From Microbotryum violaceum (Eukaryota), in the NCBI GenBank assembly GCA_001244265.2, contig LN717261.1, positions 1,875,591 through 1,939,590 on the forward strand: a stretch of 64,000 nt of DNA. Direction: 5' to 3'. Made by a program: the position numbers and the translations under genes. Every line of letters begins with the position of its first letter. The first letter of the stretch is position 1. Positions 1-13,518 of this stretch are shown piece by piece. Under the pieces are notes generated by a model. It did no database searches and had not been told where the DNA came from. It saw only the letters and a program-made list of their open reading frames with translations.

Positions 1-633
1 TGCAGGCGCGTAGCGTGCGGCGAGCGCCAGCCAGCAGTCGTGCGCCAAGCCACCCGTTTGAATGAGTGACCCGAGGGTGGCTTTGGTCGTGACCGTGAGC
101 GAGGACGCAAGCGCTCGGGCCGCGTAATCCTCCCAGTGCGTGTGGAAGGCGGGTGGCCAAGAAGGGTCATGCTGGCCCTTGCGAAGGTAGGCGCAGACCT
201 TGCGAGCGTAGGTAGTCAACATTGCGAGGTCCCAGTCAACGTAGTTATCCTTGGTGAGCTTCGAGTCATCGGGGAAGGCGGGAGGGTTGACGGGGGGGAG
301 GTGACGCATGGAGATTGTGTCGTCTTCCTGCGCTTGTGCGGGGCGTTGGTTCTTTACGAGAGCGTCGTATTGCTCCTTGGTGAGCGTGACGACGGTGGTG
401 GGGGCGACATCGAAGGGCTGGTTCGACGTTGATGACGATGGTGGAGGAGGAGGCGTGGATGCCATGCCACCGATATCGTCGGAGTTGCCCCAAGCAGGTT
501 GGCTCATAACCTATTAGAACCTAAAGCCGAGGCACGAGATACGTTTAGTACAAGAGCCGAGGATGATAGTAAAGACAGTTGGAGAAAGAAGAGAAGCGCA
601 GAGTAGGATCGCGCGAGGCGACTAATATCAACA
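1..633 (-). mobile_element. Ty1/copia LTR retrotransposon, 5' end (LTR ~512-633, PBS 501-511, gag running off the window)
   Basis: Minus strand reads TGTTGATATTAG...TCTAATA, then GGTTATGAGCC (copia-type PBS). An open frame from ATG 507 (or 465) to the window edge gives MASTPPPP...[10 protein letters not shown]...[12 protein letters not shown], matching the copia gag N-terminal motifs KLxxxNYxxW and AxxxWxxL. Confidence 0.85.
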
Positions 634-634
634 A

Positions 635-1995
635 CTAGTAACTAATCGTGATCGGTAATAGAAGTGGGATGAAACAGCAATATACACTCTGACACGAGAG
701 GCCGGGGCTCGCAGACTTGGTACTCGAGTGGGAGACGTTCCTTGCATGACGAGATGATGCACGGTCAGTCAAAGTTGTGGACTCGATCCTTGGCTCTTTC
801 TTGGCTTCAAAGGCCAATGCTGGTTGTGAAAGAACTCGGACTTGATCGAGTTGCGCAGCTCGAGCGGAACGCTTCTTGGTCCTCGTCAACTCGGCTACCG
901 AATTGTCGGGTGAGAGGGAAGCCGTCATGTCGGAAGCTTGAGATGTCTCCTCAACATGTGATCTCCAGCTGGCTAAAACTCCTGTTCGGACGCTGGGTGA
1001 CGAGTCGATTGCTTGGTGTGGTGCAAGTTGAGCAGGAGGACTAAGAGCGGTGTCTTGGATCGAAAGTGGGTTCGCGGCTGGAGCTGCTGCGACGGGAGTC
1101 TCAGCTCTGTTGAGCGGGAGATGATCAGCTTGTACTCTAATGTCGCTCTTATCAGCGCTGTGCAGCTCACGCAACCCACGGAGAAGCGTTCCTCGACAGA
1201 ACGGGTCGGGAGAAGCTTGGGACCATTTCCGAGTTCACATTCGAGCTCGTCGCAGCGACGGTGGGATCCTTGACGACTGGGGGAGCCGTAGCGGTCTGGC
1301 ACTTGACACTGTGCAAGAAGCAAGAGACATCAAAAGACTTTCTGACTGTCGAAGCAGACATCAAGCCCTCACATCTGAGCTTGAATCGTCCCCTCCAGTC
1401 GCTGACACCACTCGACGCATTCCGCCTTGTCATCGTCGAACTCGAAGCGTTGGAAGCGCTTGAGCACTCGCAAGACCAATTCGAGGCCGTACTCGCCAGC
1501 GATCTTGATCTCGGACCCAGGATCGGAAGAGTGCTCAGTAGGGTCAGAGGAGTTGGCGGTGGAAGTATACACTTCCTGAAGAGCGCGCACGACGCTCGCC
1601 CACTCGATGAAAGTCGTCAATGCGAGGCGTGCGAATCGTTGAGCCGCGACGTCGTGCCATTCGACGATGGGAGGGCCGCTCGAAAACGACGACAGTGAGC
1701 TAATACTGATCGACGGGCTGAGTCCGAAGCCGATGCTATTCTGGCTTGCGCCAGCGACAACGAGAGAGTCGCTGCAAGGTCGTCCGAGCTGGGGCGCATG
1801 GTCGCCACTGCTGACGCGGCCACGCGTCTTGAATGTCAATGCTCGCAAGCGGTCGAGAGCAGCCGATAACGAGGTGAGCGCTTGATTTACCGTCGCATCC
1901 GAGACGACGAGGGTCGAGGTCATCATTCCTAGGATGGGACAGTGGTAGAGGTTCGATGAAGGGACACCCTCGAAACTCGATCTGACGCTGGCCAT
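635..1995 (-). pseudogene. Hypothetical protein, apparently frameshifted, abutting the copia LTR
   Basis: Three overlapping minus ORFs (1369-2058, 1167-1433, 635-1174) with no obvious introns at the frame changes; no family recognised. Confidence 0.3.
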
Positions 1996-3093
1996 GTCAT
2001 CCACTTGAAGTGCGCTTCCCGACTTTGTCCCACGACCGCAGTCCCCCTCTCCTTTCAAGACGCGCGCTTGCCCCTCTCCCTTTTCCCTTGGATCGCGCGC
2101 ACAGCGAGCCTCGGGTGCCAGTTTCCTTAGGTCCGACCTCCAAAATATCTCCGACGACCGGAGCCTCTAGGACTACACACGCCCAGCGAAAAAAAGGAGA
2201 ACCCTCGGAGCTAAAGTTTGTCCGAGATCCAACCCAGGCGGATCTAAACCCACCTCTCAAAGATCCCGAAGGGAACCGTTGCTCCAGCTCCACGGGCGAT
2301 TTCCGTGTCGGGGGAATCCGCAGAAGCTCCCAACTTTGGATGAGTCACAATCATCTCGTCACGGACTGTCTTGGGAAAGCGGCGAATTGTTGGGAGTCTA
2401 GTAAGTGATGATCGTAAGGTCGTTGTTCTGGGGTAGGCGCTATGCGAGTAAAAGACAACATGCCGCGCGAAGGGACTGAAGGATAATTTTGCCGACGTTG
2501 AAGCCGGGGCCTGGGCCCGAGGCCCGAGGCAATGTCCACTGCCAGCCACATGCCGGCAACCACTTTCCTTAGACAAGTGAATACATGTTCACAATAGTCG
2601 GTGTATTATCTCAAAGACACCTATGATCTGCTTCTTGGCCTTTTTCCTCTTTCTTGGTCGTCGTTGAACTCGGCATCGACCTTGCTCAGCTCGATCTCAT
2701 TCGACAAGTCGATCCTTTCCTCGGACAAGCATTTTGGTCCTCCTCCACCGTATCAGCCTGTTCAAGAGCGCCGTTCCAATCGTGCAACACACTCAACACA
2801 TCACGACCACCACTCGTGACTTGGAACAGCCCCAAATTAGCCCAAGCGCCTCGCTAGACTAGTACTACCGGTGTCGGTTCCGACCGGCTTTGACCGTTGG
2901 CCGGCGGCGACCCATCGGCCTAGAGCGCGCGCATCCGAGTCCCCCCACTCGATTTCCGAACTTGTGCCTTTTAGGAAGCCCGTTTGAATTCGGTAACGCT
3001 CCGCATCCTTTTTTCGACTGGGCTCGACTGGGCTCTCTCATACCACCACGAGTCGGAGATCCTGAAAGGAGTGTTCATCGCGATCGCTCCGCC

Positions 3094-6000
3094 ATGTCGT
3101 TCGTCAGCTTCTTGTATTCACGAGATACACACACGGCGTAACTGATCTCGACCTGTTCCCTTTCGATGTACGACAGGTGCTGCCGAGGACGCGGTTACGA
3201 GCCGTCGCCGCCGCCGTCACCGCGACCGCAAATGGAACAAGCCGCCGCGACTACGCCGTCGTTTCAGAGCATGCGCAAGACCAAAGCTAGCTGTAGTGTC
3301 GGCGGCGGCTGGGAAGGCGCCGTCGGAGCCGACCTTGGAGCTGGGAACGGAAATGGGAATGAAAATGGTAGTGCTGGCGATGAGGTTCGATTGGAGAAGG
3401 AGAAGGAGAAGGAGAAGGTCAAGGAGAAGAAGGAACCCAAGTCGTTCCAGATCCTCAAGTACCCTATTCATCGTCAGACCTCGCCGCACCCACCGAGGGT
3501 CTTGTCCTACTCTCCGCACCTGAGGGAAGGTCATCCGAATCGAGCACGAACGACCAGTCCACCCCTCTTACCGACCACAGCGACGACGCCGACGCCTCAC
3601 CAAGCTGAACACGCTATGAAGGGGTCAACTTCGTCGTCCAGTTTGGCCGGGGTCGCGGCTGTTTCGGCCACCGGCGCGGCTGCTGCGATCGGCCTCGCGG
3701 GAGGCAACACTGATGCCGTCGGCGCCGGGGTCGGCTCAGGAGGGGACGCCCAGACGGCCCGACCGTTTCGATCGAGCTCGAGGCAGCAGCAACCACAACC
3801 ACAACCTCCGCAGCAACAACAGCAGTACTCTCAACAACCGCTCTATCAGTCACACCAAATACAACCTCAACAATCGTATGCTTCGTTCGCTTCCATCACA
3901 CTTTCTCGTACAGGAATACCCATGAGCGAGCAGCAAGGCATCCCACCCGTGCCTTCGATACCGAACGGCTACATCCCTCAACATCCCTCGAATCACCCCC
4001 ACGCTCAACAATCCGCCTCGGCATCGGTCATGAGACCCGCACCCTTGTACGCTTCAGCGCCTGTCGGGTACCCCACACCACCGCCGCCGATTCAGACGTA
4101 TTCGTCGCCTTTGCCTACGACCAGTCCCGTTTACAACGTCGATACCGGCTCGGCTGCGGCGAATAGTGTCCGAGCGAGGATGCAGGATCCAGGGAACGAG
4201 GGGAAACTGTCGGTTGGAATTGACTTTGGGTAAGTCGTTACTTTTACGTGGGCTCGATACCGTGCGCTGACCTCCGCGACGTCTTTCTCAGAACGACCTT
4301 TTCCGGTGTCGCCTACGGTTCCACGAGGTTGTTTGCAGGGCAAATTCGACAAATTCTTGTATGGCCAGGCAGTTATGAAACGTGAGTACGCAGGTTGGCT
4401 CACACGATAGCCGACTTTGCTGAGCGTAGGATTGCCTCGTCGCCCTTCACAGTTATCGAAAGGTCCCTTCTTGCATCTTGTATCACCAACCTTCGCCCAA
4501 TGAGGAAGCGTCCGTTCTTTCTTGGGGTTTGGAGGCGAAGAACACAGCATTGCAACCCGGGATGGTCAAGTGAGTAGTTCAAGCCTGCCTAGCACGACCC
4601 GTGAACTGTCGTGGACTCCTTCTCTCTTCGCACTCCCCAGATGCGAATGGTTCAAGCTCCTCCTCTCCCCCGAAAGTCTACGCTCCGGTCGACCCGATCC
4701 GAGATTACCGCCATTGCCACATGGGAAGGACGTCGTCGATGTGATTGCGGATTTCTTGAGGGTTCTTTGGAGATACGCCAAGAAGCAGATCACGGAGGAA
4801 ATTGGTTCGGTTGTGGACCTGGGTCAGTCGCCTTCCCGAACGAGCCAGTTTGATGGGAAAGCTCCCAGCTGATGCGTTTGCGTTGATCGTCTTTAGATTC
4901 CGCCGAGGTTCTGTTGACTGTTCCAGCGGCTTGGGACGCGGCCGGCTGCAACCTTATGCGCGAAGCGGCGATCCGAGCTCATCTCGTTCAATCGTCTCGG
5001 GGTGGGGATATCCATTGGCGAGATCGATTGCAGATTGTCACGTACGTCCATATGGATTTCATCAGCTTCGTACATGGCACTGACAACCGTGATCGTGTTT
5101 CTCATTAGCGAGCCCGAAGCAGGAGCCATCCACGCCTCGACCCTCGCATCCCTCCACCATCTTCGACCCTCGCAGACCTTCCTCCTCTGCGACGCAGGTG
5201 GTGGAACGGTCGATACGGCCGTGTACAAACTGATGGGCCAGTTGAGCCAATTGGAGATTGCCGAGATGTGCGTCAGGAGCGGTGCGAATGCAGGGAGTCT
5301 GTTCGTCGACTTGATGTTTGAGGAACTGGTGAGAAAGATGTGAGTTGCCTACTTCCACTTGTCTTAGGCCTCATCATCGACGCTGATTGGATTCGTCGCG
5401 GGTATCACCTATAGATTGAAGGATCATCCTGTCCATCTCGACCCACCGTCTCTCACCTCGTTCATGCACGCCTTCTCGGAATCCGACAAACTCGACTATC
5501 ACGGTCGAGTAGACGACGGTGAGCCCTCGCTCTCTCAAACCCTTGGGATCTGTCGATCGGTTTTCGGGATGCTAATCTCGAGGTAAAATGCTCGCAGACT
5601 CGATGTATCGCTTCAACTGTTTCAACGTCGAGGATGGACATGACCCTTCTGTTGGACTCGAGTACGGCGAATTGGCGATCCCGGGCCACGTGTTAAAAAT
5701 GGAGGTGTTTGATCCTATCATCAGTGAGTGGACCATCTGCTTCGTACAGATCAAACTTTCGTTCAAAGTGCTGACAAGATTCTTAACTTCGAACAGACCA
5801 AGTCCTCGACCTTCTGCACCACCAACTCTCCAAAGTTGCCGGCACCCGAATCGACGCCATCATCCTCGTCGGAGGTTTCGCCGCTTCGGAATACCTCTAC
5901 ACGCGAGTCCAAGAAGAATTTGGCGCTTCGATCCCTGTCATTGCGAGACCGAACGATTGTGATGTCGCTACTTTGAGGGGCGCGGCTAGGTACGGTTTGG

Positions 6001-6811
6001 GGTTGACGCAGGGGAGGAAGGCAGTGAGTGCGGTGATTACGCCGAGGAGTTATATTATGAGTGAGTGCGAGGCGCTTGATGTGTCGTGGTTGGGTGGTCT
6101 ACGATCACTCATGGGAAGATTATCGTTTCGAACTGCAGAGGTCAAGTTGCCGGCAGAGGATGTCGATCGATACGAGCGGCCACACTTTATCACGATCAAC
6201 GATGCAGGGATGGAAGTGTGCGCCAATCGACTGTCATGTGAGTCACTTGACTCACGTCATAACAGACGGGCGTCATCACTGACTCGTCCCAACCCTTTGA
6301 CAGATCTCGTCGCCAAAGGTGCCGTCCTCCTCAAAGGCGAAAAGCTTCGTTCGAGGTTCTGCAAATTCGTCAAGAATGCCAACGACTCGACATTCACGGC
6401 CCAACTGTACACCTCGGATTCGGATGAACTCTACCGGTACGTGAATCACTTGTCACCTATCCTCTCGAATGCATTCCCTGACCTGTCTCCGGGAACCTCT
6501 TCTGCAAACTCAGATACACCGACGAAGGTGACGCTACAGAATTATGTCGTTGGACCGTTGACCTCGCCGCCTTGCCTTCCTTCGCTCAAATCGCCGCTCT
6601 GGGTGGGGGTTACGTCGAGTTCGATCTGGGGTTGAGTTTGGATTCGGCGGAGGTGAGGGGTGTGTTGATGAGTGATGAGGGGGTCGATTGTGGGACTGCT
6701 AGTACGTTTCTTTCTCTGTCGCTCGCTCGATACTGTCGAAGTTATATGGGCTATGTTACTGATTCTTCTCGCTTGGTTTTCTCTCTTCTCGCAGCTTTCG
6801 AATTCTTGTAA
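3094..6811 (+). CDS. Hsp70-like actin-fold ATPase (HSPA12-type fungal family), multi-exon, long disordered N-terminus
   Basis: Spliced motifs VGIDFG|TTFSGVAY, CEWFKLLL, DVIADFL, LTVPAAWD, EPEAGA, LLCDAGGGTVD, ILVGGFAASEYL, GAARYG. GT-AG introns keep the frame where checked; stop TAA 6809-6811. Confidence 0.9.
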
Positions 6812-7144
6812 CTTTTCTTCGACGGTTTACGGCAACGAGAGGGACGGTCAAGTGTTGTATAACCCCCCCTCTCTCTTTTTCCCCTCTCTCCGACCAATTG
6901 ATGATGTAGATGTGCGATGATCATTCCTTAACGATACATTGCTTCCACACTCTTGTTTCATTGTTTATTTCTTGGTTTTATCCTTCTTTGCTCTCTTGTA
7001 CATTATCTATAATCTGTATTCTCTTTTCCGTCTCACCGTAGTTGCTTGTAGTCCTCCTTCAATTTCTTCGGGCATGTTCTTCATCGTTTGCTATACTCTT
7101 GGAGACTCGATAATCAAGGCTGATCTATGAAATCCTATGAACTC

Positions 7145-8778
7145 CTACGTTCCAGCCCCATTCTCACTTCCTTCGATAGTCAATGGCTCTGTGACCGGGA
7201 CAGTTTGGCTCGAGTTGATCCTTGTTCCGGACCCATCCTTTCTCTTCTTCCCAATCCTCAGCTTCATCACCTCCGTTCGTGTCTCTGTCTTCGACTCGTC
7301 GTACGAATCCAAGCCCATCCCCCAACTCATCCACACGAATAGCTTGGCTCCTAACCATTTTCCGAAAGAGAACTCAGTTTGAGACCGTGAAAGCACGGTT
7401 TCATCATCTTCTTGATCTTCATCGTCTACTTCCTCGACCTCCAATCTTCCTGGTTCATATTCCGATGTGTAGTAATCGATCGTGTTTTTGTCGAGTACGT
7501 AATCGGTCTGTCTTGTCGGAAGTTGAAAGTCTGATCGAGCCCCTTTTTGATCCAATAAAGCTCGAGCTTCATTCGAAAGTGTCCAACCCGCGATTCCACC
7601 TTGGCCAATTCCGCCCACGCTCATAGTAAAAGGCGAGACCTTTTTCGTGAGACAGATCTGGAACGCCCATAGTGCCACGAACCAAAGCCCCCCGATGAAC
7701 ATCGTTACGACGATCCGAAGCAAAGCCGCTGAGAGCCAGTTCTTTGCCATCTCCTCAGAAGGGGGGCAGCTTCGACTTGAAGCGCCTGAGGACCAGGTGA
7801 TGGAGATGCCCCATTTACACCGGTTGGAAAGTGAGAGGCGGTGTTTTTGGGTTAGGGCAAAATTTGTGAAGGCAAGGAGAAGGTGGGATAGAGTTGAGAG
7901 GGTGGCGAGGGGGAGCATGAGGTAGTTTGAGAAATGGGCTCGACGGGTCTAAAGAGATCGATCGGTAGCCGGTTGAGTGACTAGTGAGTTTCATTCTATC
8001 CCTCGGAAAAATGGAAGAGTGAGATTTTTAACTCACGCGTAACCAACCGAATACCCCTGTACCCACCACAAGCGATCCAGTACCAACGCCCAGCTCGATT
8101 CATCTCACCACTTCGACAGCCCTTCCCAAACTCAAAGTGTTTTTCCTGATCACCGCCATCACATTTTCGACGAAGATCCAACTATACAGACTCACCACGG
8201 CCGAATTGACCGTTACGGCGTAGAGAACTCGTCTTTGTCGAAGACATTGTTGTGAACCGCGGTGGGAGCGTAGAAGTTCGTTCGCTAAGAGGGTCGCGTT
8301 AAGACCTGCGAGAAAATCGGTTTTGAAGTGGGTGCCGTTCGCGGAACATGATGCACGGTGAGGGCGAGCTTACCTGAGACGACGTATTCAATACCGTCTA
8401 AAATTATCATACTCGTATCACCCGATCCGATCTGCATCCACTCGGCCCCCTCGGGTTCACTCGGCGCTCCGAGTGCTGGAAAAGTACCGTCGCGAGTACA
8501 ACCCACATGATCCTTGGAGACCTCGCGCTTGCTCCCTTTAGCGTCAACGTGATCCTTTCCTATTCGATTCAATCGATCCTGAACAGCCAAGCTCCTCTTC
8601 GAGCCCTTGACTCCACCAGTAGCCTCATCCACAGTTCGACGCGCTGCCGACCGCGGTTCTCGAATTGTCCGTGCAGCGGGTAGGTGCAGCGGGTAAAGCG
8701 GTGAAGACGTCTGACGACTCAAGACCGGTGGGTGGCATGGGTTTTTGTAGGTGGTGTGCAATGGCTGTAAAGCCCATT
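7145..8778 (-). CDS. Hypothetical membrane protein (multi-exon, 5' structure uncertain)
   Basis: 257-aa ORF 7145-7918 with hydrophobic segments (LLRIVVTMFIGGLWFVALWAFQI). Upstream minus-strand donors (GTGAGT near 8195 and 8040) and ORF 8285-8911. Confidence 0.4.
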
Positions 8779-9097
8779 GTCGAGAACTTTCAAGTCTTAA
8801 AGAATCGGTTTGGAAGAGAAAGGGCGGTCTGCGAAAGTCTTGACACCTGATGAACGTGAACGACTTGACGAACGAACGAACGAGCTCCGACTCGAACCGC
8901 GGACGCGGCATGGGTGTCGATTCGACTTTTAAAGGTACACGAGCGAACCGAGCACCGATTCAACCCCACCCCACGTCTTGTCCATACTCTGTCCACAAAA
9001 TATGATATCATTCCTGGAATACTACCAAAGAACGAACAAGCAACACTGTAATCCTACAACAACAGCAAGCCCCCAATGATCACGCCTCGAATACAAC

Positions 9098-11601
9098 CTA
9101 GTCATGATCCTCCCTCTCCCTCTCGTTGAACTCCTCCAAGAAGATCCAATTATCGTCCCTCGCATCCACGAAAACCTCCCCCTCCCCTTCCCTGCCCTCC
9201 TTCTCCCTCCTCCTCCTCAACCTCGAATTTAACGCGCCGCCAGTCGTCGAACTCATCCTAGACCCAACAAAGTAATCACTCTGCGCCAAAACCTCCTGTT
9301 CGACCAACGCCAACAAATCCCAATACTTGGCCCTCCACCCCAACACGTCCTCCAATTCGTCCTGCCCCATCACTTCATGCAACAACACAGCCCCTTGTCT
9401 CCTATAATATGCCAAAGCTTTCGGATCCGTCTCGTCCGTAGCGAGGTAAAACGGATCGTTCGGAAAAGGGAGCTCCTCTTGTTTCAAAGGTTGTAAAGCC
9501 CCTCGACCTGGTTTCTTGGTTCGTCGTTGTCGAAGGACTTGGATGCCCGCTCCAAGGGCATTCTTGAGTTTACCGAAGTGCCTCACAGGGTCCTTCTCCG
9601 GTGCCCAAGCGATACCCACGAAATCACCCCTTCTTAAATGCGCGGACCTCCAAAGTCGTCCTTTGGTCCTTCGCTTCATCTCTTGAACGATCTTCTCCGC
9701 CGCTAAAATGTACACACGCGGTGGTCGAATACCTTCGATCACCCAATTGCGGAATTGGTCCCGTGCGTAAGGGGTCGAGAAGTGCGTGGCGCCCGGTTTA
9801 CGTTGGTCGTGAATCTGGCCCGAGATGGCGAGGATGGTCGCGTTCGAATAGTTCTCAAAGGCTTCGATTTGGAAGGGACGGAGGTGCAAAGGGTCAGCGT
9901 ATTCGGTCGAGGGGCGCGCCATGGTTTTACACATCAAGGTACTGTGAGTGGTCACTCGAGCGTTCTAAATCAGCACTTCCCTAAAGCCTGATCCTGTAAC
10001 CCGACAGTGACCAACTTACGAGTCATCGAACGTGTACAACTCCCTCAAACCCGCTTGTCTCACCAACGCCCTCCCCCATTCCTCCTTTGCAACATGTTTC
10101 CCCTCTCCAATCCCCCTTCTGCGCATCGCTTTGATCGCTTTCTCCAAAGACCAAACGTACGTCCGATCCTCCTTCATCAAGTCCCTGACCACATTTTCAT
10201 CAACCCCTCGAGCCCCTTCCTTCCTTTCCTCTCCCAACTTTTACTACCCTTGAACGACGCTCCTCCCACACCCATAAATTCTCTATCCATCCTGACCCAA
10301 CTCTTGTCATGAAATTCCTTGGTCCCATTCAACACACGCGTCGTCATTCCTTTAGGATTATAAAGGATCGGATTCCAATACCCTCTCAAGTCGATCTTGA
10401 ACTTCGGAGGGAGGGAAGAGGCGTAAAGTGAAAAGTATTCGGTTTGAGTCAGGAAGAGACCGTAAGTTCGACGGAGGTGTGGTAGATCTATGAAATGCTG
10501 CGGGTGTGTGTGTTTGCGAAAACGATCAGAACATGATCAGCTTGTGGTTAGGGGAGGAATCTTTTGTGGGGAAGAAAAAAGTCTTCTCTCTCACCTCTAT
10601 TCCCAATCTCCAAGCTTCACCATCTTCGTTCCAAGTGAACTCATCCTTGAACCCGGGAGCGTTCTTCCGATCGGCCAAATGCTGTAAAGCATGCTTGGTG
10701 CAATCCGCACTACTCCCACAAAACGAATAATGAGCAAAAAGATACTCAAATTCGATTTTTGTGATGAGTGTTGAACTGACCTATCTACAACGCAACTTCT
10801 TGCCCATATGTGAGAAGGGAGGATAGGTATGCGATGGGAGACGCGCGCCAAGTTCATCGTCGCTTCGAGCATGTATCGTCGATTGTTGAAACTGTACACC
10901 CCCACAGTCCCCCAATCAGCATGTGACATCTAACCAACGGAGGGAGGATTGACGCATACGTACCCATACCAAGCTATTCCATCTTTGGCCAAAAAATGGG
11001 GCTCGTCCCCTACCGCTTGCTTCAATTTCTTCAAACTCGGCTTGATATATTCCCCGTCCCTCGTTTCTTCCTCCGTTAGATCCACTGAGCTAGCATCTTT
11101 GAACCAATGATCTTCCTCCGCGTTCGAGCGATAACCCAGATCGAATTGATCAGGATTTGAAAGGTGATAAGTCGCGTAACTTGCAAAAGTGCCGAGGAAG
11201 AGAAGACAGAGCAAAGCGAAGGGACCGGATCGCCAACGTGGTAGACGCCATGGGCGGTGTATGATTTCCTTACTCTTGGAGACGATCGATGAGGGTCGTG
11301 GGAGAGAAGAGAGTCGTTCTGACCAGCGAGGTGGAGCGCCGAAGGGTTCTTTCGGACTTGGAATTGACGAGGATCGGGGTGAGGATCCTATAGTGTAAGG
11401 TGATGAAGGCGAGTGGGACGTGATTGACATGACAGGAGAGGAAGGAGAGGTCGATCGAGAACGGGTATTGTTGCTGTGGTGGCGGTTGTTGTCGCGAGTG
11501 GCCTCGACATCGACGGTCAGCATGCGGTGATGTTGCTCGCGCGTTAGAGGTAGCAGAGGGTGTAGCTGCGAATTCGGTCGGTTGGTGGGGGGTTTTCCCA
11601 T
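9098..11601 (-). CDS. GDP-fucose protein O-fucosyltransferase-family glycosyltransferase, type II membrane protein; apparent frameshift near 10245
   Basis: One TM helix (FALLCLLFLGTFASYATY), then FNNRRYMLE, SAHLRRGDF, FYLATDE and VEQEVLAQSDYFVGSRMSSTT motifs. The frame changes between ORFs 10177-10389 and 10016-10237 without a convincing intron. Confidence 0.8.
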
Positions 11602-13518
11602 CTTTGAGTAGAGGAAGAGGTGGAGCTTGATGAAATTGAGTTCCAAGTGCGATCAAGTCGACTCGTCCCGTCCGGCGTGAGCTCGAGTCGAGAAGTCGTT
11701 GCGTGACCGCAAACGCCGCGTGACCGGACCCCCCGGACCCACCACTGCAGCGAGATGGGTAGGTAGAGGTACTTGAACCTAGTCGAGCGAAAGAGGAGGT
11801 CGTGTCCTTCTCTCGAGGACAGACCAGAGACCTGGTGGGGAGAAGGCCAAGCGCTGATTCGTGGAAATGCGCGCTTCCGAGGCCAAATACAGTGTCGATC
11901 ACCCCCATTCTGCACCGGCTTCCACGGCGACTCGGCGAGCGCCACTTCCGCTGGTCTAGATGCGGCTCGAGTTCAGCGCCGGGCCGCCGACCGCACACTC
12001 GTTTCTCCAAGGGGGTTTATCAGAGGATCAGAGGAACGGCACGCAGAGTTATTTGGGATCCGAATCGATCAAGCTTTCACAAAATTCGAGGAGCGGAACG
12101 AAATCCTTCAGGCGATGGAGGAGGTCCGAGCTCAAACCGTCGGTCCTGACAGATGGATTTCATCCTCTGTCTCACAAGTGAAAGTCGTATGACCGAATAA
12201 ATTTACCCCAAGAAAACAAGCCAAAATGCTAAAGTACTTAGATTACGAGTAGAGTCAGGCGCGCCGCCGCGTCAAAGCGCCCGGGCCGGGAGGAACAGTG
12301 CTTGCTACAAAGGGGGGTCGTCTTTCAATCGAGCTGAAGCGACTTCATTCGCTCGATTCAAATCGAGTGGGAGGGAGGAAATAAAGCTAGGGAATAGAGA
12401 GTAGGTGAAGATACTCTGTATTGCGGGGGGTACTACTATAGTTCCATCTCCGCCCACAAGCGATGTAGTTCAACAGCACAAACTAGACCGATTTAACGGC
12501 CGTTAACCGAGCTGGAAACCGAGCGAAAAACGCTTCGGAGCCTCATCAGCTTGTGAGAAGAGGGCCTTTCCTGGGATGAGTAGGTGATACCGCCGCGGTT
12601 TAGAAAGATCGTCCGAAAGGCTTCACACTGAAGCTGAAGTGGTAATCGACTGTCTGAGGCTTGTGAGGGTCTCTACTACCTTATCGAACGGAGGCACAGA
12701 TTTTCGCGGTTCACTTAAGTTGGCCGAATAATTGAATGAGCTCTAGGACACAGGCGGTAACGAACGAACCGATTGTAATAAAAATCTCCAGGAACGAAGA
12801 GAAAAATACCTAGTGGCCCCCAAAGCAAGTTTCCTTGCAAAGTTCGGTGTCTCGCAGCACAAGACGGACCCGGCCGACTCCCCTTTGATGCGCTCATTTC
12901 GAGAAAGGAAGCCCGCCGCTTTCGGGTCGGCTGTGCGCACGGGCCTTCTTCCTTCTCCCGTCGTTCATCTCTTCATCAGCTTTTGTCCCGTTTCCATTTG
13001 CTTCGAGTGGTTCGTGAAGTGATCTGCCAGCTCTTTCGCCCTTGTTGCGACTAGTGAGGATACATCGGGGAACGCAAGTGCAAATACTAGTCGTCGCCGG
13101 TCGGTCGGTCATCCGGCGACAAGGCACTGCAGCTCAGCGGATCATCGAGCCGAGCCGATTGCCGGTCTGCGCGCCTCAAATCGTAACGGGCGCATTCGAT
13201 TCGGAGGTCTTTCTACAGCCAACAGCATCCAAGGTGGGTTCGATGTCGCCAAAGACAGAGCAAGAGGCAAGCTCCGATCGACGATCGACTGATACGGTTC
13301 ACTTGACCGCCAAACGGTCCCACAGGTGCTGAGACAAGTGGTGCTGCTTCGTCTTTGCCGGTTAGTCTCAAGTCCGAGTGAACGGTCGTCGTCGTCAGTG
13401 GTAGTCTCGAGTGGCACCGACCCCCTGAGGCGGCAGAAGGACGACACCCAAGCGGGCGGTGGGGGAGCGGCAATTCTAGCTTCACTACAACCACTACGAC
13501 AACGAATGGAGAGCCTAC

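Noticed and set aside
11773-13500. Short ORFs between the divergent genes
   Set aside because: Likely intergenic or UTR; no motifs.
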